Under the pieces are notes generated by a model, which saw only the letters and a program-made list of their open reading frames with translations, had not been told where the DNA came from and ran no database searches. The translations under genes and the position numbers were made by a program. From positions 1 to 15,931 of the forward strand of contig JBOFUV010000128.1 of the NCBI GenBank assembly GCA_051652765.1: a DNA stretch of 15,931 bases, given 5' to 3'. How positions within the stretch are numbered: the stretch's first letter is position 1; every line of letters starts with the position of its first letter. The stretch comes from Microcoleaceae cyanobacterium (GTDB lineage: Bacteria > Cyanobacteriota > Cyanobacteriia > Cyanobacteriales > Microcoleaceae). This document shows positions 1 through 8,036 of this stretch, piece after piece.

Positions 1-120
1 AATACAAAGTATGGACGGGAAGACTTTGATGCATTTGTAAAGCTTCAACTTGCTGCCAAGGATGGCCAAGTTCGCCAAGAGTCCCGTGAATGTCTAGCTC
101 GGGAACGGGCATTTTCTTAG
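1..120 (+). CDS. 3' end of a small cyanobacterial hypothetical protein (5'-partial)
   Basis: Frame +1 is open from base 1 to TAG at 118-120: NTKYGREDFDAFVKLQLAAKDGQVRQESRECLARERAFS*. The 'TKY..EDF.AF..LQ.AA..G.V.QESRE' pattern resembles a recurrent family of small cyanobacterial hypotheticals (from recall). Not in the ORF track because the start lies outside the window. Confidence 0.65.
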   Translation, partial: NTKYGREDFDAFVKLQLAAKDGQVRQESRECLARERAFS

Positions 121-409
121 GTGTTTTAGAGCCAAAGCAGAACATCGCTGTTCTGAAGTCACTGCTTGCTAAGCATCAGTTAACATTACAGCCATTTTTG
201 TTGGGGTGTAATATGGAATGATTTTCCCCAAATCCTTCTACTCTAACAAGAAGCCGCTTCCCGTCTAGAAAAAGCAGGACTTGAGCAACTAAGTAAGATA
301 TTCACTGATCTATTGCTATGGATTAACTGCGGTGCAAGCTTCTAGCTGACGGCCAGATGCCTACACCATGTTCCAAATTGAATGAACTTTGCTGACCTGC
401 TAGTCAAGT

Positions 410-2527
410 TTACCTCAGTTCTTGGAAGGTCTGATAGGGGCGGGTGAGCTTGTCTAGCTGCTGAACCAAAAGACTGAGGAAGAGTCCAACATCAGTGACA
501 ACTCCAACGGACTCTACAGAACCGCGATCGCTGAGCTTAGTAACAACGGCGGGATTGATATCGACACAAACCATCTTTACCCCAGACGGAGTCATATTAC
601 CCACCCCAATTGAGTGCAACATCGTGGAAAGCATCAGAATCATGTCAGCTCCTTGTAAAACCTCTGCATATTGCTCTTGAGCTTTGACCAAGTCCATCTC
701 AGTATCTGGCAAGGGGCCATCATCCCGGATTGACCCTGCTAGCACAAAGGGAACCTGATGTTGCACACATTCGTACATCACGCCGCTAGTCAGGATTCCC
801 TGTTTCACCGCTTGGGAAATATTGCCGCAGCGACGAATCGTATTAATCACCTTGAGATGGTGACGATGGCCCCCCTTAACGGCAACTCCCTGTTTCATAT
901 CGACCCCAAGGGACGTTCCCATCATCGCCTGTTCAATATCATGAACCGCGATCGCATTGCCTCCCAGTAAGACTTGCACATATCCCTCCCGAATCAGTCG
1001 AGAGAGGTGCTCAGCCCCTCCGGTGTGAATGACAACAGGCCCCGCAGTAACGACGACCTTGCCGCCCCGATCCCGCACCTGCCGCAATTCCCAAGCAACC
1101 TGTTCCACGATCAGTTCGACTCGCCGTTCACTCGAAACCCCAGCTGACATGAAGCTAAATTCTTGAGCATTGCGTTGTTCGCGGGACTCTGCCTTCCGAA
1201 TCGTGCGAATCCCCGTAGTGTCTACAACCACCTGTTCACCCACGTTCAGATCCCGCAGAATTTTACACCGAGCCGTGATTCCTTCTGAGGAATGGGTAAT
1301 GGCGATCGCCCCATCCATCCGCTGATTTTGGAGCTGAATCCATTGATCTTGGACTCGCACTTCTGTGGGATAAATCGTGGTGACATAAAACTCCTCTGGA
1401 GCTACCCCGTCGATTTCAACAGGCATCAGCTTGGCATTCTGGAGATTTTCTTCGAGAGAAACTGCGCCAATATCAATGAGCTGACTCATGATTTCTTCCA
1501 TCACCTCATGGGAAGGTGCAGAAATCCGAATCTGAGCTGAGGAAGTGCTTTGGCGTTGTTCTCCTAAGTCAAAGCGCTGAACCTGGAAGCTGCCCCCTCC
1601 CTCAATGACTAAATCCAGAGCTTGATTGATTAACCCGGCATCTAGCAAATGGCCATCCATCCGAATGGTGCGAGTCTCGACCTGAACGACAGCCTGTCGG
1701 TCTTCGAGGATCGGTTCTGTAACCCGCAGGGTTAAACATTTTGCAGCTCCTCCTGCCTTGAGAAATTCGTTCAAGGGAGTTTCAATGACTTGGAAACCTG
1801 CTTCGTTCAGTCGGGTTTTTAGGGTGTCGCTGGCTTGGTTGAAAATGACGGTCTGATCAATATTGACCGCATTGCAAGCAAATTTCACGGCATCAGATTC
1901 GGAGATGACAATCCGTTTTTCTGGAGGAACTCGGAGTTGGATCAGGTGATTAGAATAGCTGTCAAAAGCTGGCGGATAGTACAGGAGATAGCCTTCGGCG
2001 AGAGGACAGAAACAGGTATCGAGATGATAGAACCGTTCATCCATTAAGCGCAGAGAAAGCACTTCAATATTCAGCCATTCTGCCAACAGAGGATGAGAAT
2101 CTAGTTCCGAGCGAAATCCATACCCTGCCCAGAGATGTCGCCCTTCCCGATCAAATAAGGCATCCCCTGCTCCCTCAAACGGCAGTTCCCTCGGTAGCTC
2201 ATGAACGGTGAACCCTTGCGCTTCAAACCACTCCTTGAAATATGGTTCTTCCCCTTGGCGTTCCTTGTGATAGAACCGACTTAAAACAACGGTTTTGTCC
2301 AGGATTAATCCCGCGTTGGCCGTGAACACCATGTCTGGCCAACCTTTCTGAGGCGGAACTAAATCAACAAGGGCATGAGTTTTGATGATGTGATGAAGTT
2401 GCTGCCATTGTTTAACGGAGCGATCGCGGGAAGACTTGTGGATATTACCCTCCATCCAGGGATTAATCACATAATCCACATCATAATGATCTGGAGAACA
2501 CATCAGAAAACGAATCGAATCAGCCAT
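410..2527 (-). CDS. argZ: Arginine dihydrolase ArgZ / AgrE (amidinotransferase-fold N-domain, LOR/SDH-like middle domain, C-terminal TIGR00300-type NAD-binding domain)
   Basis: 705 aa. Guanidino-modifying motifs YVINPWM, PDMVFTAN, FEGAGD, FYHLDTC and GGAAKCL (catalytic Cys). C-terminal motifs AGPVVIHTG, GNAIAVHDIE, LAGSIRDDGPLP and HSIGVGNM. Length and domain order match Synechocystis ArgZ / Anabaena AgrE. Confidence 0.93.
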   Translation of the reverse strand: MADSIRFLMCSPDHYDVDYVINPWMEGNIHKSSRDRSVKQWQQLHHIIKTHALVDLVPPQKGWPDMVFTANAGLILDKTVVLSRFYHKERQGEEPYFKEWFEAQGFTVHELPRELPFEGAGDALFDREGRHLWAGYGFRSELDSHPLLAEWLNIEVLSLRLMDERFYHLDTCFCPLAEGYLLYYPPAFDSYSNHLIQLRVPPEKRIVISESDAVKFACNAVNIDQTVIFNQASDTLKTRLNEAGFQVIETPLNEFLKAGGAAKCLTLRVTEPILEDRQAVVQVETRTIRMDGHLLDAGLINQALDLVIEGGGSFQVQRFDLGEQRQSTSSAQIRISAPSHEVMEEIMSQLIDIGAVSLEENLQNAKLMPVEIDGVAPEEFYVTTIYPTEVRVQDQWIQLQNQRMDGAIAITHSSEGITARCKILRDLNVGEQVVVDTTGIRTIRKAESREQRNAQEFSFMSAGVSSERRVELIVEQVAWELRQVRDRGGKVVVTAGPVVIHTGGAEHLSRLIREGYVQVLLGGNAIAVHDIEQAMMGTSLGVDMKQGVAVKGGHRHHLKVINTIRRCGNISQAVKQGILTSGVMYECVQHQVPFVLAGSIRDDGPLPDTEMDLVKAQEQYAEVLQGADMILMLSTMLHSIGVGNMTPSGVKMVCVDINPAVVTKLSDRGSVESVGVVTDVGLFLSLLVQQLDKLTRPYQTFQELR

Positions 2528-2716
2528 AATTCCAGGTACAACGCGGTAGAGGCTACAAAAGTTCTGCGGCAGACCAATTGATAGTCTGACCCAAATCTAC
2601 GTCCAACTTAATCACAAAATAAATTTCTGCAAGCCAAACTAGGCCATAATATTATCATGAAATTGGACTTTATTGGATCTACAATTCTCCCTGAGATTGA
2701 CTTTGTAACGCACTTC

Positions 2717-2730
2717 GTAACTTGGTTTAC
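2717..2730. promoter_or_regulatory. Putative NtcA binding site upstream of argZ
   Basis: GTA-ACTTGGTT-TAC fits GTA-N8-TAC (minus strand TGTAAACCAAGTTAC), about 190 bp upstream of the argZ start. An extended -10-like TGaTAATAT lies on the minus strand at 2657-2649. Confidence 0.5.
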
Positions 2731-3350
2731 AATTCAGATTCCGTTGTCAGAGTAGATTCAAGATCAATCATTCAAAATCACTTCACTTCTGTAGTTTTAT
2801 TTACAGACTTATCTACAGAGTTCTCTATGGAGCGATCTGATTGGAACGGTAAATGTGGAGTGAGCATTTTGACCCTACAAGCTGGAGCCTTGCACCATAG
2901 CTATCTCACAAATCATTACTGACTCTCATAGATGATTTACAAGGCTTGATGGGAAGTAATGAACTCCATATGAAGCCTGTGTGAGTGAACTTTGTCCTGG
3001 GGTAAGTTAGAGAGACTGTGATAAACTCAGTACTACTCTAAAGTTTGAAAACAATATCCCTTAGGACTCAGATCTATTGGAAGAAACTTGTGAGTTTAGA
3101 AATAATATTTGGAAGTTAATGCTTGGAAGTAATGTCCAGAAATATTAAGGACTAACAATATAAACCCAGCTAAAAAGTTGTGTTCAATCAGTTAATCAAT
3201 TTTAATCTGGATTTGAAAATCAAATCAGTTTAAATAACGACTAGATAACAGTTGGATCAAGGGTAAGGAACGGCAGACTGCACCTTGATATTTAAGTACA
3301 CAACCCCCTAAAGCACCACTCTAAACTTAGAAAATAAACTGAATTTCTGC

Positions 3351-3665
3351 TCAAACACCCACCTCAGGATGCTCAGACATGGGAGAATTCGACAGGGAGT
3401 AACTAAAAGAATACTGGCTCACGATGAGGGTATCCAAGTTAGTCATTTCATAGGATTTAAGGTTGACCCGGTTGGCTCGACGTTCCAAGTAGGAAAGAGG
3501 TAAAACTATTGGCCAGAAGAGAGCCGCAAGTCCGATTACCAGCCACGATTGGCGGTCGGCCTTTGAGGTTGATGAGTCTCTCAGAAAAGCTATCAAGTAG
3601 GTCATCAAGGTAAAAAAAGTAACCAGGAAGTAACCTTTAGTGAGCAGAGCAAGAATTAGCATCAT
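3351..3665 (-). CDS. Small membrane protein with two hydrophobic segments, cyanobacterial hypothetical family
   Basis: 104 aa. Hydrophobic N-terminal helix, then 'FLRDSSTSK.DRQSWLVIGLAALFWPIVLPLSYLE'. Minus-strand AAAGGA RBS-like sequence just upstream. Confidence 0.7.
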   Translation of the reverse strand: MMLILALLTKGYFLVTFFTLMTYLIAFLRDSSTSKADRQSWLVIGLAALFWPIVLPLSYLERRANRVNLKSYEMTNLDTLIVSQYSFSYSLSNSPMSEHPEVGV

Positions 3666-4074
3666 TAATATTTCCTTTGAGGTGATTTTCTCAAGACATT
3701 AGCCTGAGCTTGAATTGATCCAACCCTAACAGGTTTATGATTGACCTTGCATCCGTTGATCTGCGACTTCTAAGTATGTAAAAATTACAGTGAGTTTTAA
3801 GAGTATTCCGTGAAAATACGGGTTGTTCCAGCAATTAGAGAACGTTCCTTAACCTTCCCCTGATCACTGGAAACCTGACTAATGGCCTATCAATCTAATT
3901 TTGCTGAGTTTGTGGTCAGGGCCAGATACCCTGAAGTGCTCACTGCGAACTCAGACATTACCCACCAAATTAAAATTGATGTACCACAAGGGAACTCTAT
4001 TGACTAAAATCTGATTTTATTGATTTTGTTGATAAAATCAACTTATCCTAAAGCTGATGCAGCAATTCTTTTGA

Positions 4075-4563
4075 ATGTCACTCCGTAGTATCAAACAACA
4101 AATTGCCCAACTGTTAACCTGTCACCCTGATGACCTAACAACGACCTATCTGAAGTCCGTCATGAAGGAGTTGGGACATGTTTTGGACTTTAGATTAAAA
4201 CAGTCTTGGATTACGACCCTGGAAGTTTTGACTAACTATTTTACGGAACAGGATCGTGTTTTTATTGGAACTGGAGTAAGCTATTATAAACGGAATCCAT
4301 TCTATAGTTTTAGTCATATTCCCGAAGTGGATCAGTCTTGCTACTATCGTCAGACCAACTGGAATATCACCCACAAGTTGCAATACTGCGACCCCAGTAT
4401 TGGAGTAGTGGAGCGAGAAACTTGGGTTATTTTTTGTCCAGATGAAGCGGTTTACAAAATTAGGAGAATTCGGCTGAGATTCACACACCTAGATGGAACC
4501 TGTGAACAGCAAGAGTATGACTATAGCTTGAAGCAGCCCTGTGTTCCTTGTTTTCTAGTGTAG
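4075..4563 (+). CDS. Hypothetical protein
   Basis: 162-aa ATG-started ORF filling the gap between flanking genes. N-terminal helical segment with an LDFRLKQSW motif. Extended -10-like TGaTAAAAT at 4030-4038. Confidence 0.65.
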   Translation: MSLRSIKQQIAQLLTCHPDDLTTTYLKSVMKELGHVLDFRLKQSWITTLEVLTNYFTEQDRVFIGTGVSYYKRNPFYSFSHIPEVDQSCYYRQTNWNITHKLQYCDPSIGVVERETWVIFCPDEAVYKIRRIRLRFTHLDGTCEQQEYDYSLKQPCVPCFLV

Positions 4564-5127
4564 CTATTTTCTGGGGTAAATTCTGTATTCAAGTAAGTTC
4601 AAAATATAACCTGTTTGATTGAGTTCTCGATAGTTCTTAAAAATTTTTCCGCCAAGACTTTCAGGAATCTTTCGACTGGGAATATTATGTTGATCAACAG
4701 GATAAACCAAATAGAGATAGTCTAAATTTTGGTCAATCCAAGTCTTAAGGCCATGAATTGCTTCTCGACCAAAACCCTGACCATGAGCTGATTTTTTTAA
4801 CCAGATTCCTAGGCCAAAAACTTGAGTTTCCAATTGATGACACCCAGTCATGCCTATAAATTCTAGATTATCTTTTTGTAGACTCTCTTTTTTAAGATCA
4901 TCTTTTTTTAAGATTACTAAATGTAGGTCGGTTCCGATTTCCCGCTGTTGAATAAAATTCCGAATCAGATTTTTAGTTTGTTCTAGGGTTTCACAAGGTT
5001 TGGAACGCAAAAAACGGGTAATTTCAGGAGTAAACTCACGAAAAATTCCCGCTGCATAATCTAAGGTAATCGGTTTTAAAACTAGCCTTACCGTCTCAAT
5101 TTGAACAGTTGTCAAACTTTTCATCAA
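4564..5127 (-). CDS. GNAT family N-acetyltransferase (RimJ/RimL-like)
   Basis: IETVRLVLKPI N-terminus, GIWLKKSAHGQGFGREA acetyl-CoA-binding motif and NIPSRKIPESLGG. Confidence 0.85.
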   Translation of the reverse strand: MMKSLTTVQIETVRLVLKPITLDYAAGIFREFTPEITRFLRSKPCETLEQTKNLIRNFIQQREIGTDLHLVILKKDDLKKESLQKDNLEFIGMTGCHQLETQVFGLGIWLKKSAHGQGFGREAIHGLKTWIDQNLDYLYLVYPVDQHNIPSRKIPESLGGKIFKNYRELNQTGYILNLLEYRIYPRK

Positions 5128-5255
5128 AGTTTCTCATCACAGTTCTGTACTCAACACTGATATTCAACAACTACTCAGGTTCCTTCAAGGTTTGCTGTTG
5201 GAGAATACAGCGATCGCCTGACCAGATTTCCTCATGATTGCAATCTCAATCGGGT

Positions 5256-5996
5256 TTAATAGCGAATCTGTAAGGTGACTGAAGCCTGAACCGTCTGTTC
5301 TCCACCAATGACAGGAGTTGGAGCTGCTGCAAAGGCGACTTCTCCCCGAAGTTTTGTGGTTACATCAAATTGGACGGGTGGGGGCGCACTGGCACCATTC
5401 ACCTGAATATTGATGACCTCACGCCGAGTGAGATTGAGGACTTCCAAAACGGCATCAGCTTGACGTTGAGCGTCTTGAGTTGCCAGTTGTAACGCTTGTC
5501 TTTGAGCTGCAACCAGCTCAGTCTCATTGGCAATAAAACTAATCCCGTTAATCTGAGTTGCTCCAGCCCGAACGGCATCATCAAGTAACGTCCCAACATC
5601 CCCTGTTTTTAGCTGAAAACTGACAGTGTTAGTAGCAATATAGCCCACTAATTCCTGGCGGTCATTGCGATAATCATAAAGCGGATTGAGACGAATTCCA
5701 GTCGTTTGCAATTTCTCAACATTGCGGGACTTTAACAGTTCAACAACCGCATTCGATCGCTGGGCAGCATCTTGTTGGACTTGCTCAGCCGTTTTCCCCC
5801 GAATTTCTACACCGAGCTGAACTTGAGTCAAGGAGGTTGGAATATTCACTATCCCTTGACCTGTCACCGTTACTACCCGCGTCTGTTGTTCCTGGGCCTG
5901 AGCTGGAAGCGGCTGAACACAGGGGGCAATAGCCAAACCCAGGGATAAAGCGGTCAGTAAACCCCAAGGCATAAAGCAAGAATGGCGTAAGACCAT
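5256..5996 (-). CDS. SIMPL / DUF541 domain secreted protein
   Basis: Signal-peptide-like segment ending PAQAQ, then VVTVTGQGIV, GYIATNTVSF, LLDDAVRAGATQINGISF and GEQTVQASVTLQIRY. Start placed at ATG 5996 because of a GGAGG RBS at 6013-6009; the ORF track extends to 6059. Confidence 0.88.
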   Translation of the reverse strand: MVLRHSCFMPWGLLTALSLGLAIAPCVQPLPAQAQEQQTRVVTVTGQGIVNIPTSLTQVQLGVEIRGKTAEQVQQDAAQRSNAVVELLKSRNVEKLQTTGIRLNPLYDYRNDRQELVGYIATNTVSFQLKTGDVGTLLDDAVRAGATQINGISFIANETELVAAQRQALQLATQDAQRQADAVLEVLNLTRREVINIQVNGASAPPPVQFDVTTKLRGEVAFAAAPTPVIGGEQTVQASVTLQIRY

Positions 5997-6433
5997 AGAA
6001 CTTTTTTTCCTCCAAAAGTCAAGACTTGAATAGATAGCAATAGACATCTCATGAATCATTCCTAATTACTGTAGTGATTCATGTGCAAACATTAGTGGTT
6101 ATTTCAGAAAGTTTAACGTATATTCAGGACACTTTATCCAGCTTCTTTTTGACAGAAGTGACTCATAGATTCAACGTTAAAGCGCTCCATAGTTTAATAG
6201 AGTTAATGGGGTTTTAACAGACTTGATATATGATGATCCCAAGTTATCTCTGTGACGAATCGATGCAAGAAAATGTTTCGGCTCTTTCCTAATCGCACTC
6301 AATAACTCCCAGAAGTAGTTTTTAAGATAAGCTTGCTAGAATTGAGTGAAGCCAGGGATCTGCTTGATCAAAAACGTCATCATCGACTACTCCAATATTC
6401 TCTAAAATTCTATTCTTCCTGTACAACAACTCT

Positions 6434-7885
6434 ATGGAACAAAACTTAACTAAATCTCAGAATCTTACTGTTACTGAAACACGGCGATCACGCATTGTTG
6501 TTCCGACAGAAAGTCCTAATGATCCTAACTACATTGTGCAGCCAGGGACAGGCTTTGATGGAGTTGTTGGTCTTGGCCAAAATGGTTTAATTGATTGTAC
6601 AGGTGCATTACTATACACAGGACGGCATATTCTAACCGCAGCCCATTGTTTTGATCAGAGTGATATCCCCAATCTAAATCCGAATCCCAATGATTACACC
6701 ATCGTTTTTAACCTGCCTAATGGTCGATTCACTGTAGCCGCAAATCAAATTTTTGTCCATCCAGAATGGACATCAGATTTTGACAACAATCATGATATTG
6801 CAATGATCGAGTTAACCCAAACTGCACCGGAAACAGCAGATCGATATGATATTTATACAGAGTCAAATGAAGTCAGTCAAGTCTTTATTAAAGTGGGGTA
6901 TGGCTTAGAAGGAACTGGACAAACTGGAGAAAACTTTGACGGTTCAACGTCAGTGAAAAGAATTGGAAAAAACCGCTACGATGCCTTCAGTGAAATTTTC
7001 AACACCGATCCAAATAGCAACATTTTACCAAATACTCAATTGGCCTATGATTTTGATAATGGTTTACCCCAAAATGATGCCTTTGGAATTGAATATGGCC
7101 GGGTAGATTTAGGATTAGGAACTCAAGAAATTGGCATTAGCGCTGGAGATTCAGGAGCCCCTGCTTTTATCGGAGGCAAAATTGCAGGATTAAGTTCCTT
7201 TGGTCAAAATCCGTCCCAATCTGGAATTAGTGTCACTGAGAATAATGACACTAGCTTTGGTGAATTTTTTAGTGATACACGAGTTTCTATTTATGCAGAC
7301 TGGATTGAACAGACAATTGCCATCTCAAATCAAGGTAATAATTTAATCCTAGGAACAAATGCTCGCAATGATTTCCTCAATGGCAATCAAGGCAATGATA
7401 CCCTCAAAGGACTTGCTCAAAATGACTCGTTATTTGGCGGCCAAGGCAATGATGAACTCTATGGGAATGAGGGACAAGATAGTTTAAATGGCAATCAGGG
7501 AGATGACTGGATTGAGGGAGGTTTAGACAACGACCAACTGTTTGGTGGTCGAGATCAGGATACTTTAGTTGGAAGTGAAGGAGAAGATACCCTTAGCGGT
7601 AATTTAGGGCAAGATTTCTTGAGTGGAGGTTTGGGAAGTGATGTCTTCATTTTAAACCGTGACTCAACAAGTATTGACCCTAATCAAGCAGATCAAATTA
7701 CTGATTTTACCCCTACAGATTTTCTCGGATTAACGGAAGATTTAACATTGGAACGTCTCAGTTTTGAATTCTTGATCTTGGGTCAAACCCCAGGAGTTCT
7801 AATCCGAGAAACTGAATCCAATACGATTCTAGGATTTGTTCAAAATAGTTCGATAGATCAAGTTCAACACCAAATATATATCTGA
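6434..7885 (+). CDS. Trypsin-like (S1) serine protease with C-terminal RTX Ca2+-binding repeats
   Basis: Catalytic triad motifs LTAAHC (His), DIAMIEL (Asp) and GDSGAP (Ser). About 10 nonapeptide G-x-x-G-x-D-x-L repeats (GNQGNDTL, GGQGNDEL, GGRDQDTL, GGLGSDVF) followed by DQITDF. No N-terminal signal peptide, consistent with type I secretion. Confidence 0.9.
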   Translation: MEQNLTKSQNLTVTETRRSRIVVPTESPNDPNYIVQPGTGFDGVVGLGQNGLIDCTGALLYTGRHILTAAHCFDQSDIPNLNPNPNDYTIVFNLPNGRFTVAANQIFVHPEWTSDFDNNHDIAMIELTQTAPETADRYDIYTESNEVSQVFIKVGYGLEGTGQTGENFDGSTSVKRIGKNRYDAFSEIFNTDPNSNILPNTQLAYDFDNGLPQNDAFGIEYGRVDLGLGTQEIGISAGDSGAPAFIGGKIAGLSSFGQNPSQSGISVTENNDTSFGEFFSDTRVSIYADWIEQTIAISNQGNNLILGTNARNDFLNGNQGNDTLKGLAQNDSLFGGQGNDELYGNEGQDSLNGNQGDDWIEGGLDNDQLFGGRDQDTLVGSEGEDTLSGNLGQDFLSGGLGSDVFILNRDSTSIDPNQADQITDFTPTDFLGLTEDLTLERLSFEFLILGQTPGVLIRETESNTILGFVQNSSIDQVQHQIYI

Positions 7886-7887
7886 GT

Positions 7888-7929
7888 AAAGGGGAGAACT
7901 GAGATCATTGATTCACAGTCCTCTTTTTT
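7888..7929. terminator. Possible terminator hairpin between the convergent protease and STAND genes
   Basis: AAAGGGGAGAACTG ... CAGTCCTCTTTTTT imperfect inverted repeat directly after the protease stop, ending in a T-run. Confidence 0.35.
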
Positions 7930-8036
7930 AAGGGTCAAAAGAAATTTAGGAAGATTAAACTGTATGGTATTACTCATTCAGATCTCCTTATACACCAGAG
8001 CTCAAATTGGAAGAAAGCGGATTATTCTTGATCGTT

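Noticed and set aside
138..155. Hairpin CAGAACA-TCGC-TGTTCTG after the first CDS
   Set aside because: No U-tract on either side, so it cannot be called a terminator.
495..2581. Short plus-strand ORFs inside argZ (495, 758, 1292, 1835, 2375)
   Set aside because: Antisense shadows of a strongly supported gene, with no recognisable motifs.
2702..2721. RpaB HLR1-like direct repeat (minus strand GTTACGAA...GTTACAAA)
   Set aside because: The repeat period is 12 bp, not the 10 bp of HLR1.
2722..2922. 66-aa TTG-started ORF
   Set aside because: No RBS or motif, and it overlaps the putative argZ regulatory region.
3097..3150. Degenerate ~13-14-bp repeats (TGGAAGTTAATG / TGGAAGTAATG)
   Set aside because: Too degenerate in AT-rich spacer DNA to support a function.
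4195..4488. 97-aa minus ORF, plus the alternative-frame ORFs at 5399 and 5785
   Set aside because: Nested within better-supported genes.
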